Assembly (NCBI GenBank): GCA_963779415.1
Contig: CAVZYA010000001.1
Span: 2,048,001 to 2,112,000 of the forward strand
DNA from: an uncultured Acidobacteriota bacterium
GTDB lineage: Bacteria > Acidobacteriota > Thermoanaerobaculia > UBA5066
Reading direction: 5' to 3'
DNA length: 64,000 nt
Made by a program: the position numbers and the translations under genes. Below are positions 1 to 10,170 of the stretch, one piece after another. How positions within the stretch are numbered: the first letter of the stretch is position 1; every line of letters starts with the position of its first letter. Under the pieces are notes generated by a model that was given only the letters and a program-made list of their open reading frames with translations, did no database searches and was not told where the DNA came from.

Positions 1-1313
1 GGGTTCTCCTCCTTCCCGCGCTCGCCCTGATGGCTGCCGCGGCCGGACTGCCGCAAAGATGCGTCGGCGGTCCTCGTTCCTCGCCTGCCGCCTCGTTCGG
101 CGCGCTCGCCGGCGCCCTCGTCGTCGTCGTTGCCGCGATCTGGGGCGCCTACCTCTTCCGCTTCTCCCCCTTCCGCCCCGATCTCGCGATCCCGTCGACG
201 AAGCCCGCCCCTGTCGTCCGGACCGGGCTTGCCCCGGGACAGCTCGACGAGGCGTGGCGCGAGGTTTCCCACGACTGGGACGGCCAGCTCCGCACCGGGA
301 TCGTGGACGTCGTCGTCCGCGGGATGCGCGACCGGAAGCTTCTTCCCGAGGCGTATCTCTACGGATTCGCCTACGCGCGCCACTGGGCGGACGCGCGGAA
401 GACGTATCTCATGGGGCGCTTCTCGTCGAAGGGCTTTCGGGCCTACTTCCCCGTCGCGGTCGCCGTCAAGACACCGCTCGTCTCCCTTCTTCTTGCCGTT
501 CTGGGAATCGCGGCGATTCTCCTGAAGAAGGTTCGGCCTCCGGGGAGCCCGATCCTCGCCGTCGGCATCTTCGGCTTCGCCGCCTTCTACCTCTTCGTGG
601 CCATCGCCGGAAACCTGGACATCGGCATTCGCCATCTCCTCCCGGCTTTCCCCGCTCTTTTCGCCCTCGCGGGGGGGGCCGCTGCCTGGGGCCGAGGCCG
701 TGCCGGGCGGATCGCGATCGGCCTTCTCGCGGCCCTTCTCCTCGCGACGGCGCTTCATGCCTATCCCTTCTATCTCGGTTACTTCAACGAGGTCGCTGGC
801 GGCTGGCAGAACGGGCATCGCTGGCTGGTCGACAGCAACCTCGACTGGAATCAGGATCTCCTCCGTCTGCGCGATTACCAGAGGGCTCATCCGGAGGAGC
901 GCCTCGTCCTCCTCCGCTACGGCAGCGGCCGCCCCTTCCCCTCGGGTCTGTCCGTCGAGCCTCTCGCCGCGGAAGGCGACGAGACGGCTTTCGCGCCGCT
1001 CGGCCCCGGCACGTATGTCGTGTCGGCCACGATGCTCGTCGGCACCCTTCAGCCGATCGTGCGCCCCGAAACCTGGGAACGATCCGACGTCAGGGAGAGA
1101 TACCGCTCCCTCTGGAGCCGCTTCTTCGCTTCCGCCCCGTCCCCGCCCGGAAACGGGCCGTCCGGACGCGACCGCCTCGTCTTCGAGGGAATGCGTCGCG
1201 GCCTCCTCGTCATGCGTCTCGGCGCCCGGGCCCCCGATCTCCGCCTCGGCACCGGGCTCTTCGTCTACCGGCTTCGCGAGCCGGAGATCGCCGACCTGAC
1301 GCGGCCCGAGTAA
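1..1313 (+). CDS. GT-C fold (GT39/ArnT-like) membrane glycosyltransferase, 5'-partial
   Basis: Multiple hydrophobic helices, GIRHLLP loop and YLGYFN...WLVDSNLDWNQDL motif typical of GT39-like proteins. ORF track 30..1313; the gene appears to start before the window. Confidence 0.7.
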   Translation, partial: VLLLPALALMAAAAGLPQRCVGGPRSSPAASFGALAGALVVVVAAIWGAYLFRFSPFRPDLAIPSTKPAPVVRTGLAPGQLDEAWREVSHDWDGQLRTGIVDVVVRGMRDRKLLPEAYLYGFAYARHWADARKTYLMGRFSSKGFRAYFPVAVAVKTPLVSLLLAVLGIAAILLKKVRPPGSPILAVGIFGFAAFYLFVAIAGNLDIGIRHLLPAFPALFALAGGAAAWGRGRAGRIAIGLLAALLLATALHAYPFYLGYFNEVAGGWQNGHRWLVDSNLDWNQDLLRLRDYQRAHPEERLVLLRYGSGRPFPSGLSVEPLAAEGDETAFAPLGPGTYVVSATMLVGTLQPIVRPETWERSDVRERYRSLWSRFFASAPSPPGNGPSGRDRLVFEGMRRGLLVMRLGARAPDLRLGTGLFVYRLREPEIADLTRPE

Positions 1314-1371
1314 GGACACCGCCGACGCCATGGGTCGCCGCGCGCCGATGCGCTACGCTCTCTTCCGGCTC

Positions 1372-3003
1372 ATGACCATCCGACGGTACCTCCCCATCGG
1401 GCGCCTGTCCCTCGCCGCGCTCGCTCTTTTCCTCGCCTCCGCGCAGGCCGGCGCGCAGTTGCCGTCCCTTCTTCCGACGCCGACGCCATCGTCCTCCGCC
1501 GAGGCACCGGGAGACCCGTACCGGCGCGAGACGCCGCGCGGCACCTTTCTCGGCTTCATCCAGGCGGCGCAACGGTCGAACTGGGCCGCGGCCGCGGAAT
1601 TCCTCCAGGTCCGCGGAAATCCGACCCCGGCGGCCCGGGAGGCGCTGGCGCGGCAGCTCGAGGCGGTGCTGAACCAGGCATTCTCGGGCGACATCCAGAG
1701 ACTCGCCGGATCGGCCGCCGGCAACCTCGCGGACGGACTCCCGCCCGACGTCGATCGGGCCGGGGAGATCACCGTCGGTGACGTCACGGTCGACGTCCTC
1801 CTCGTCCGCGAGACCCCGGCCGAAGGGCCCCCGATCTGGCTCTTCTCCTCCCAGACGCTCCGCGACGTCCCGCGTCTCTACCACGAGCTGAACGTCCCGG
1901 AGATCGAGGAGAAGGTTCCGGAGTTCCTCCGGAAGCCGGTGGGACCCCTCCGGCTCTGGCAGCTGATCGGCTTCTTCATCCTCGTCCCCCTCTACTTTCT
2001 CGTCTCCTGGTTCGGACTTCATTTCGCCATGAAGCCTCTCCGGCGCCGGCTGGAGAAGCACGGCCGGCAGGGGGACCTTCGCGAGGCGCTCAAGAGGGCG
2101 CAGCCGCCTCTCGCCCTGCTTCTCGCCCTCGCTCTGCACCGCGTATTCGTTCCCTATCTCTCGCTCCCGCTCCTCTTCCGCTACCGCTACGGCCAGTGGT
2201 TCCAGGTCTCGCTCGTAGCGGCCTCGGCCTGGCTCTTCCTCCGGTTGATCGACGTTTTCTCGGGGACGGCCCGGGATCGCTTCGCGGCGGCCGGCTCCTC
2301 GGCCGTCCCGACGATCACGCTCGGCCGGAGGATCCTGAAAGGGGCGGTCATTCTCTTCGCGCTCCTCGCGGGGCTCTCCGCCCTCGGGGTGAATCTCACG
2401 GCGGCCCTCGCCGGCCTCGGCATCGGCGGCCTCGCCTTCGCTTTCGCGGCGAAGACGAGCATCGAGAACATCTTCGGCGGCTTCACCGTCCTCGGAGACA
2501 AGATCCTCCGGGTGGGCGACGCCTGCCGGATCGGGGCCGTCGCCGGGACCGTCGAGGACATCACGCTCTTCGCGACGCGCCTCCGGACGCCCGAGAGGAC
2601 CATCGTCTCGATCCCGAACGGCACGCTCCTGACCCGGGAAATCGAGAACCTCTCGAGCCGCGACCGCTTCCTCTTCAGCCACGTCCTCGGCTTTCGGTAC
2701 GAAACGACGCCGGCGCAGCTGAAAGCCCTGCTCGAGTCCCTTCGAAAGGTCCTCGCCGACCACCCGCGCGTCACGCCCGAGGAGTGCCGCGTCCGGCTCC
2801 TCCGCTTCGGAGCCTCCTCGCTCGACATCGAGCTGCGCGCCTACGTCCTCGCGGCCGATTTCGCGGGCTTCCTCGAGGTGCAGGAGGAGCTTCTCTTTCT
2901 CCTCCTCGAATCCGTCGCCGCCGTGGGGGCGGGCATCGCGTTCCCGTCGCAGATTCTCTACCTCGGGAAGGACTCGCCCCCGGCCTCCTCCTCCCCCGCC
3001 TGA
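1372..3003 (+). CDS. Small-conductance mechanosensitive channel (MscS family) with signal peptide and periplasmic N-terminal domain
   Basis: TM3 motif LAGLGIGGLAFAFAAK, GTVEDITLFATRLRT and SIPNG. ATG 1372 gives a clean signal peptide (ORF track starts at 1330). Confidence 0.92.
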   Translation: MTIRRYLPIGRLSLAALALFLASAQAGAQLPSLLPTPTPSSSAEAPGDPYRRETPRGTFLGFIQAAQRSNWAAAAEFLQVRGNPTPAAREALARQLEAVLNQAFSGDIQRLAGSAAGNLADGLPPDVDRAGEITVGDVTVDVLLVRETPAEGPPIWLFSSQTLRDVPRLYHELNVPEIEEKVPEFLRKPVGPLRLWQLIGFFILVPLYFLVSWFGLHFAMKPLRRRLEKHGRQGDLREALKRAQPPLALLLALALHRVFVPYLSLPLLFRYRYGQWFQVSLVAASAWLFLRLIDVFSGTARDRFAAAGSSAVPTITLGRRILKGAVILFALLAGLSALGVNLTAALAGLGIGGLAFAFAAKTSIENIFGGFTVLGDKILRVGDACRIGAVAGTVEDITLFATRLRTPERTIVSIPNGTLLTREIENLSSRDRFLFSHVLGFRYETTPAQLKALLESLRKVLADHPRVTPEECRVRLLRFGASSLDIELRAYVLAADFAGFLEVQEELLFLLLESVAAVGAGIAFPSQILYLGKDSPPASSSPA

Positions 3004-4988
3004 GGCGCCCGCACCGCCGGTGCTTCGAGCCGGGCGACGGCGTGCGTCAGGTCCTCGTGGGCGCCGACGAGGACGATCGTGTCGCCCGCGGCGACGATCC
3101 AGTCCGGCGGCGGCGGGGCGTGGGGTACGCCGTCCCGGAGGACCGCCGGTACCGCGACGTGGTCGACGGCGAGGTCGAGGGCCGCGAGCGTCTTCCCGTC
3201 GGCCGCCGTGTCGGGCATGACGAGGAAGAGCTCGCTCGTCCCGGCGGCGACGAGGGCCGAAAGCCGCCGCCCTCCCGCCGTCCGCGCCCGCGGGTCGCGG
3301 AGCTTCCGGTAGGCCTCGTCGCGGAGAAGGCGGATCTGCGTCCCGATGACGTTTCCGGGGACGCGGAGGAGGTGGAGGACGCGCGAGACGAGCTCGATGG
3401 AGGTCTCGTACTCCTCCGGGATCACCTCGTCGGCCCCGACGGCCCGGAGCGCGTCCACCTCGCGGACGTACCGCGTCCGGACGATGACCCGCGCCTCCCG
3501 GGTTCTTCTGCCGGAAGAGGCGGACGACGCGGCGTGCCGCGTCGGGATCGGGAATCGTCACGACGATGCCGAGCGCCCGCGCGGCGCCCGCGGCCTCGAG
3601 CCCCTCGGCCCCCGTCGCGTCGGCACGCACCGTCCGGAGCCCCTCCCGCCGCGCCTCGGCGATCCGCTCCATGTCGACGTCGACGACGACGTACGGAATC
3701 CGCGTCTCGTGAAGGACGCGCGCCACGTTCGTTCCGTTCAGGCCCGCTCCCACCACGAGGAGATGCCGGACGAGACGCACCTCTTCGTCCCCGGACGGCG
3801 CCTCGACCCGCTCCGGGAGCCGGACCGCGATGCGCGGCCCCGCGGCGACGAGGAACGGGCACGAGCGCCATCGTCAGGACGGCCGCCGCCACGACGATCT
3901 GGCCGGTGTCCGGGGAGAGGAGCCCCAGGGGCTCGGCCGCCCGCGAAAGGAGGAACGAGAACTCACCGATCGAGGCGAGGGCGAGCGCCGCCCGGAGCGA
4001 CGTCCTCGGGACGACGCCCGCGAGCGTGAGCCCGAAGAAGGCGGTCACCGTCTTCAGGACGACGAGCAGCGCGACCGCCCCCGACCACCAGGAGCGGGCG
4101 CTCGGCGAGATGCGCCGGTGAGAGGAGCATCCCGACCGAGACGAAGAAGAGGCTCGACAGGAGGTCCCGGACCGGGGCGAGGGTGGCCGCGACCTCGTGG
4201 ACGTGGTCGCTCTCGCCGAGGACGATGCCGGCGGCGAACGCGCCCATCGCCGCCGAGACGCCGGCCCGCTCCCCCGCCATGATCATCCCGAGGACGAGGA
4301 CGACGACCGCGCCCGTGAAGATCTCGCGGCTTCCCATCCGCGCGACGCCGTCGAGAAGGCGCGGCGCGACGTTCCGGGCCACGGCCACGAGAAGGACGAC
4401 GCCGGCCACCGCGAGGGCGACCCGCGAGAGGACGCCGAGGAGCGACGCTCCCGCCGCTCCAGTCCCCGGAGCCACCGCGAGGGCCGGCAGGAGGAGGAGG
4501 ATCGGAATGACGGCGAGGTCCTGGAAGAGGGCGACGGCGAGGAAGGTCCGGCCGTACGGGCTCGCCAGCTCGTCACGCTCCTTCAGGATCGGGAGGACGA
4601 CGGCCGTCGACGAGACGGAGACGAGGAGGCCGAGAAAGAGCGCCACGTTCGGCGGGCTTCCCCACGCGAGCGCCGCTCCTCCGGCCGCCGCGGCCGCGAG
4701 CGTCATCTGAAGCGCGCCGCCGAGGAGCGACGTCTTCCCGAGCGCCCGGAGCCTCCGGAGCGGGAACTCGAGGCCGACGAAGAAGAGGATCAGGGCGACG
4801 CCGAACTCGGCCACCGCCTCGACGCGCGACGCTTCCCGGACCCAGCCGAGAGCATGGGGCCCGAGGGCGACGCCGGTCACGAGGAACCCGACGATCTGGG
4901 GAAGCTTCAGCCGCCGGCAGACCCAGAGGACCGGAAACGACGCCGCGAGGACGACGATCAGGTCCCGGAGGAAGGCGCTCGCGACCAC
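2958..4988 (-). CDS. Monovalent cation:proton antiporter-2 (Kef/YbaL-like) with TrkA-N and TrkA-C domains; three frameshifts
   Basis: AEFGVALILFFVGLEF, FFVSVGM, LASIGEFSF, Rossmann VVGAGLNG and GADEVIPEE are spread over ORFs 3963..4988, 3422..4048, 1210..3780 (first ~90 aa) and 2958..3458. Extra G/C in runs near 4080, 3858 and 3498. Confidence 0.85.
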
Positions 4989-5032
4989 GCCCGCAGTATA
5001 GGAACGGCTCTGTCAGAATCGGAGGCGAAGCG

Positions 5033-7072
5033 ATGACGCTGACGAAGACTTTCCGCCGGAGCGGCCTCGTCGTCCTCGCCGGCGTCGTCCTCCTCGTCGC
5101 GGGGGCGGCCGGCGTCCGGGGCGGCTTCTGGACGCCCGTGGGGATCGTCTTTCTGCTCCTCGCAGGGCCCGTCTTCCTCGTCAGCCTCTTCCGCCATCTG
5201 ATGCGCGGCCTCCTCTGGAGGGTCGGGACCCGGCTTCTCGTTTCGTATCTCCTCCTCGTCCTTCCGATCCTCTTTCTCGTCGTCGTGGCGTACGCCGGCG
5301 TCTGGCTCGTCGCGGCACAGGTGGCCGGAAAACGCGTGGAGCAGGCGCTCGAGAAGAGGCGCGACATCCTCCAGACGACGGCCCGCCTCCTGGCGGACCG
5401 TTTCGGGGAGACCGCCTCGCCGGAGGCGCACAAGGCCGCGTTCGAGGAGCTGACCGCTCCCGTTCGCACCCTCGGGGACGTCGGATACGACTACGTTCCC
5501 GAAGGCGGGAAGGAAGAGTCGCAGGGGACGCCGGGCGGCGTCTCGCTCCTCCCCCGGGCCTGGCTCCCGGCTCTCCCGTCGTTCTTCATCGGCCACGACG
5601 GCTCGCAGGATTTCTTCGCCGCGGTCGAGCGGCGCCGGAGCGGAACGCTCGTCCTCACGCTTCGGACGGGAACGTCCTTCCGGATGGCGATCGAACGCGA
5701 GCTCGGGATGAAGATCGACGTCCGGCGGGCGCGGCAGCTCCCCGGGAACGCGCCCTCCGCCACGGGGAAGACGACGCTCTCCGTCGGCAACCAGCGCTTC
5801 GACCTCGAACGGACCGAGGGAGACGGCGCGGAAGCGGCCACCCCCCCCGCGGCCGGCGCGCCGCGGGCCGGATCGGGCCCGATCTACGGGCGTTGGGTTC
5901 TCTATCCCGTCTCTCTCGCCGTCGACCTCGTCGACTGGTCGACCGGCGCGCCACTCCCCGAGGAGCGGATCGTCCTCCTCCTCCACACGTCCATCGCCGA
6001 CGAGGCCCGGGCGCTCTTCGGCGAGATACGGATCGGGAGGACCGCGACACCCTCCTCCGACGTCGCCCTCGCCGTCATGAAAGGCCTCGGAATCGCCGCC
6101 CTCGTCGTCTTCGCCCTCGCGACGCTTCTCGCGGCCGTCCTCGCCCTTCGGATCTCCCGGGCGACACGGCGCCTCTCGCAGGGGGTCGCCGAGATCGAGA
6201 ATGGAAACTACGCGCACCGCGTCGTTCTCCCCGGAAACGACCAGCTCTCGCGCCTCGTCGACGGATTCAACGAGATGACGTCCCATCTGGAGACAAGCGT
6301 CCGCGAGCGCGCGGAGAAGGCCGCGCTCGAGCACGAGCTGGAGGTGGCGCGGAGCCTCCAGCGCCGTCTGCTTCCGCCGGCCGATTTCTCCTACCCCGGC
6401 GTCGAGATCGCCATCGACTTCCACCCGGCCGCGGCCATCGGCGGCGACTTCTACGACCTCGTGGCGAGCGACCCGCCCGGCGTCCTCACCGTCGTTTTGG
6501 CCGACGTCTCGGGACACGGCCTTCCGACCGGGATCGTCATGGCCTCCGCGAAGGCGTCACTCAGCGCGCTCGTCCAGGCGGGCGCGACCGGTGCCGACCT
6601 TTTCTCGCGCCTCGACGCCGAGGTCACGCGGACGACAGACAGCCGGACCTTCCTGACGATGGCCTATTTGAGATTCTCTTTTGCCGAAAGGCGGATCTTC
6701 CATACGAACGCCGGACATCTCTACCCCTACCGCGTCACCCCGGCGGGCGCCGTCTCCTCCCTCGTGAACCCCGCGCGGCCGCTCGGCCTCGGCCTTCCGG
6801 TCGTCTTCCGCACCGTCGAGGCGCCGCTCGAGGCGGGCGATCTCTGGGTCCTCCTCTCGGATGGAATCGTCGAGGCGACGCGCCCGGAGAGCGACGAGGA
6901 GTTCGGCTTCGTCCGCCTCGAGTCCGTTCTCGCCGGCGCGGCTGGCGATACGGCGGTGGCGACCCGTGACCGGGTCCTCGCCGCATGGCGGGAGTTCACC
7001 GGCGGCGACGAGCCGACGGACGACCGGACCCTCATCGTCCTCCGGATCGGGAGCGGCGGGCCGCATGCGTGA
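5033..7072 (+). CDS. Membrane PP2C/SpoIIE-family (RsbU-like) protein phosphatase with HAMP domain
   Basis: HAMP domain (DQLSRLVDGFNEM), GGDFYD, ADVSGHG, NAGH, LSDGIVEA and DDRTL motifs; GGAGG Shine-Dalgarno upstream. Confidence 0.92.
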   Translation: MTLTKTFRRSGLVVLAGVVLLVAGAAGVRGGFWTPVGIVFLLLAGPVFLVSLFRHLMRGLLWRVGTRLLVSYLLLVLPILFLVVVAYAGVWLVAAQVAGKRVEQALEKRRDILQTTARLLADRFGETASPEAHKAAFEELTAPVRTLGDVGYDYVPEGGKEESQGTPGGVSLLPRAWLPALPSFFIGHDGSQDFFAAVERRRSGTLVLTLRTGTSFRMAIERELGMKIDVRRARQLPGNAPSATGKTTLSVGNQRFDLERTEGDGAEAATPPAAGAPRAGSGPIYGRWVLYPVSLAVDLVDWSTGAPLPEERIVLLLHTSIADEARALFGEIRIGRTATPSSDVALAVMKGLGIAALVVFALATLLAAVLALRISRATRRLSQGVAEIENGNYAHRVVLPGNDQLSRLVDGFNEMTSHLETSVRERAEKAALEHELEVARSLQRRLLPPADFSYPGVEIAIDFHPAAAIGGDFYDLVASDPPGVLTVVLADVSGHGLPTGIVMASAKASLSALVQAGATGADLFSRLDAEVTRTTDSRTFLTMAYLRFSFAERRIFHTNAGHLYPYRVTPAGAVSSLVNPARPLGLGLPVVFRTVEAPLEAGDLWVLLSDGIVEATRPESDEEFGFVRLESVLAGAAGDTAVATRDRVLAAWREFTGGDEPTDDRTLIVLRIGSGGPHA

Positions 7073-8333
7073 CGGGCGCGACCGCGTCGCCGGGCTCGTG
7101 CTCACCTCGCTCGCCGCGACCGAGGCGGTGATCCAGGCGGGACGCGCCTTCTTCTATCGAAAGCAGGGACTCGACCTCGCGCCGCCCTATCTCGCCGCGA
7201 AGCTCCTCCTTCGCGGGGACCGGCGCTTCTACGACGACGCCGTCGTCGGGGCGGCCGGCTCCGCGCTCGGCATCCACGGCCCGGCGGGGCCGGGAGACCC
7301 CGTTCTCAACTTCATCTATCCGCCCTGGCTCCCCGCGGCGTACGCGCCGCTCGCGCTTCTCCCGTGGGGGGCGGCGCGCCTCGTCTGGTTTCTCTTTTCG
7401 GCCGCAGCCACCGTTCTCGCTCTTCTCCTTCTCGCCCGCGCCACAGCCGGCGACGCGGACGAGGAGCGGGATCTGTCGCACGCGGCTCTTTTCGGTGCGG
7501 CCTTCTTCTTCCCTCTCTTCTACGGCCTGATGACGGGGCAGGCGAACGCCGTGCTGCTGCTGCTCGTTGCCGGCTCGCTTCTCGCTTTCCGGGAGGGGCG
7601 GATGCTCCTCGCGGGGCTTCTCCTCGCCCCGGCGGCGCTCACCAAGCCTTTCCTCGCCTTTCCGGCGCTCGTCTTTCTCGCGCGGCGGGCGTGGGGCGCG
7701 CTCGGGGGGCTGGCGGCGGGCGCCGGGCTCCTCGCGCTTCTCGGGCTCGCCGTCGGCGGGCCACGGGCGTGGCCGGGCTTCTGGGCACAGATCTCGGCGC
7801 ACAACACCCTCCGGACGTACGAGCCGAGAAACCACTCGCTCGCCGCGGCCGCGCTCGCGATCTTCGGACCGGGAGACTCCGTCCAGGCCGTCGTGACGGC
7901 CCCGGCCCTTGCCGCTCCCGCGGCGCTCGCCGGAGCGGTGATCGCCGGCCTTCTGACCTTCCTGGCGCTTCCTCTCCGCTCCCGCGCTTCGGCGGATCCT
8001 GCGCTCGGCTTCGGCGCCGCGCTCGCCCTCGGCCTTCTCCTGACGCCGAAGGCGTGGGAGCACTATGGCGTCTTCCTTCTCCCCGGCTTCCTCGCCGCGT
8101 ACGCCGCCTTCCGGGATGGAGAAGAACGGCCTCCCCGGGCGGTCCTCTTTCTTCTCGGCGCGTCCTTTTCGGTCTGGGCCTTCCTGCTCGTCTCGCAGGA
8201 GGAGTACGCCGCTCTCGTGCGCCGCCCGTACTCGCTCCTCCTCGCCTCCAAGACGGCCGCCACGCTCGCCCTTCTCGGGCTTCTCGCGTGGGCCGCGCGC
8301 CGGTCCGGCGCTTCCGCCCGCGGCGCTTCCTAG
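7065..8333 (+). CDS. GT87/DUF2029-family membrane glycosyltransferase
   Basis: FIYPPW, GQAN, TKPF, NHSL and PKAWEHY motifs in a polytopic membrane protein. ATG 7065 overlaps the phosphatase stop. Confidence 0.8.
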   Translation: MRDGRDRVAGLVLTSLAATEAVIQAGRAFFYRKQGLDLAPPYLAAKLLLRGDRRFYDDAVVGAAGSALGIHGPAGPGDPVLNFIYPPWLPAAYAPLALLPWGAARLVWFLFSAAATVLALLLLARATAGDADEERDLSHAALFGAAFFFPLFYGLMTGQANAVLLLLVAGSLLAFREGRMLLAGLLLAPAALTKPFLAFPALVFLARRAWGALGGLAAGAGLLALLGLAVGGPRAWPGFWAQISAHNTLRTYEPRNHSLAAAALAIFGPGDSVQAVVTAPALAAPAALAGAVIAGLLTFLALPLRSRASADPALGFGAALALGLLLTPKAWEHYGVFLLPGFLAAYAAFRDGEERPPRAVLFLLGASFSVWAFLLVSQEEYAALVRRPYSLLLASKTAATLALLGLLAWAARRSGASARGAS

Positions 8334-9826
8334 CGGCGGAGCGCGAAGGTCCGGGAGAAGCCTTCCGAGGGAATCGAGACGGTCACTTCGATGGCGCCCT
8401 CGGGACCGCAGGCGTACGTCTCCTCTATCTCGGGCCCCTCTTCCGTCCGGACGACACGGACGTCCTCGAGCGACGTCCGGTCCCGCAGCTGCCGCTCGTA
8501 CGGGAAGAGGATCTCCTCCCACGGCGTCACGTCGCCGTCCGGACGTCCTTCGGTCATCCGGGTGCACTCGAGGTACCGAAGATGGCCCACGTTGTGGACG
8601 GCGCCGTACCGGCGGATCGCCACGAGCGGAGGATCCCCCGGCCTCGGAAGCGGCGTCCCTTCGGGGAAGATCAGGTCGAAGGTGACGTTCCCGCCGCGCT
8701 CGGCCTCCCGGAAGACGCCGAAGTGGCGCGTGAGCCTCTCCGTCAGCGTCCAGCCGCTCTCCCCGTCGAGAAAGGCCGCGAGCCCGATCGCGGTTGCCGC
8801 GAACGGATAGGGAGAGCGCCGGACCCGGCGCTCGCCGAAGCGCTCCTTGAGGCGGCGTCCGACGAGAGGAAAGGCCCCGCCGCCGCCGACGACGTAGAGG
8901 CCGGCCACCTCGTCCCACGAGACCCCGGCGCCCGGCTCCTCGAGAAGCGGGGCGACCGCGTCGATCGTCTGCTCGACGAGCGGCGCGCAGGCCCGGTAGA
9001 TCTCTTCGATGGAGATCGCGAGCGGGCCGCCCCGGACCGGTGCGAGGTCGACGAGAAACCGGCGCGAGCCCGGCCCGACGGACTCCTTCTGCCGCGCGCA
9101 TTCCTCGAGAAGCAGAGCCCTTCGCGCCTCGTTCAACTTCTCGAGGCGCGCCCTCTCGATGACGAGGGCGAGGATCGCCTCGTCGAAGTCGTCCCCGCCG
9201 AGGCGCTTGACGCCGCGCGTCGCGACGACGTCGTGCGACTTCCCCGACATCCGGACGAGGGAGGCGTCGAAGGTGCCGCCGCCGAGGTCGTAGACGACGA
9301 CATGCTCGCGCCGCGCGGTCAGCGTGTTCCGGTACCGGTGGGCGTACTCGAGCCCCGCGGCGGAAGGCTCGTTCAGGAGCGCCTTCACCTCGAACCCGGC
9401 CCGGCGGAAGGCCTCGAGCGTCATGAAGCGCTGGGCCGTGGAGGCCGTGGCGGGGACGCTGACGACCGTCTCGAGCGGCTCGTCCACGGTAAGCCCCGTG
9501 TTCGAGACCGCGACGAGGTCGCGGTGAAGCTGCGAGAAGAACCCTGTCAGGACCTCGAGGAGCGGGACCGCGACGGGTCCGATCGCGACCTCTGTCCCGA
9601 GGCCGGCCTCGTCGAGAAGCCGCTTGAAGGAGCGGAGGACGGTCCAGCCCGGCTGGTGACGGAGGGCGGCCGCCTCCGCCCCGAACCGGAGGGCCCCGTC
9701 GGCGTGGCGCGCGGCGACGAGCGACGGAACGGACTCCGCGCCGTCGAACCCGACGACCGGATAGTTCCCGCGATCGACGAGCGCGACGACGGTGTGGGTC
9801 GTGCCGAAATCGATTCCGAGCTTCAC
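8330..9826 (-). CDS. Hsp70-family protein (short, non-canonical DnaK paralog)
   Basis: GIDFGTTHT, LLNEPSAA, VYDLGGGTFDAS, LGGDDFD and VVGGGG actin-like ATPase motifs; 498 aa. Confidence 0.9.
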   Translation of the reverse strand: MKLGIDFGTTHTVVALVDRGNYPVVGFDGAESVPSLVAARHADGALRFGAEAAALRHQPGWTVLRSFKRLLDEAGLGTEVAIGPVAVPLLEVLTGFFSQLHRDLVAVSNTGLTVDEPLETVVSVPATASTAQRFMTLEAFRRAGFEVKALLNEPSAAGLEYAHRYRNTLTARREHVVVYDLGGGTFDASLVRMSGKSHDVVATRGVKRLGGDDFDEAILALVIERARLEKLNEARRALLLEECARQKESVGPGSRRFLVDLAPVRGGPLAISIEEIYRACAPLVEQTIDAVAPLLEEPGAGVSWDEVAGLYVVGGGGAFPLVGRRLKERFGERRVRRSPYPFAATAIGLAAFLDGESGWTLTERLTRHFGVFREAERGGNVTFDLIFPEGTPLPRPGDPPLVAIRRYGAVHNVGHLRYLECTRMTEGRPDGDVTPWEEILFPYERQLRDRTSLEDVRVVRTEEGPEIEETYACGPEGAIEVTVSIPSEGFSRTFALRR

Positions 9827-9873
9827 GAGGAGAGTATACGGAGCCGGCGGCTCGGTTATCCTGCCGGCGCTTC

Positions 9874-10146
9874 ATGTCGTTCGACCAGCTTCTCTTCGCC
9901 CTGGTCTCCGTCGTCGGGATCGCGACGGGCGCGGCCTACGTCCCGCAGGCCGTGAGGATCTGGAGACGGAAGAGCTCGGACGACGTCTCGATCCTCACGT
10001 ACTTCCTCTTCCTCGCCGGCCAGGCGGTCTACCTCGTCTACGGCTTCCGGATCCGCCAGTGGCCGCTCATCGTCGGGATGGCGGCCAACATCGCCGGGAA
10101 TCTCGCCGTCATCCTCTCGGCCCTCCGGTTCCGCGGCCGTCCCTGA
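9874..10146 (+). CDS. SemiSWEET/PQ-loop family small transporter
   Basis: 90 aa with three TM segments and AYVPQAVRIWRRKSSDDVS...YG motif. Confidence 0.85.
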   Translation: MSFDQLLFALVSVVGIATGAAYVPQAVRIWRRKSSDDVSILTYFLFLAGQAVYLVYGFRIRQWPLIVGMAANIAGNLAVILSALRFRGRP

Positions 10147-10170
10147 GTCGGGACGCGCCCCGGCTCCGGA

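Noticed and set aside
2958-3003. Convergent 3' overlaps (mscS/antiporter, also 11328-11404 and 49514-49541)
   Set aside because: Short tail-to-tail overlaps are common in compact high-GC genomes, and one depends on a frameshift-corrected end.
2958-4988. Programmed frameshifting or phase variation in the antiporter
   Set aside because: The runs are only 3-5 nt with no slippery heptamer, and similar indels occur across unrelated genes.
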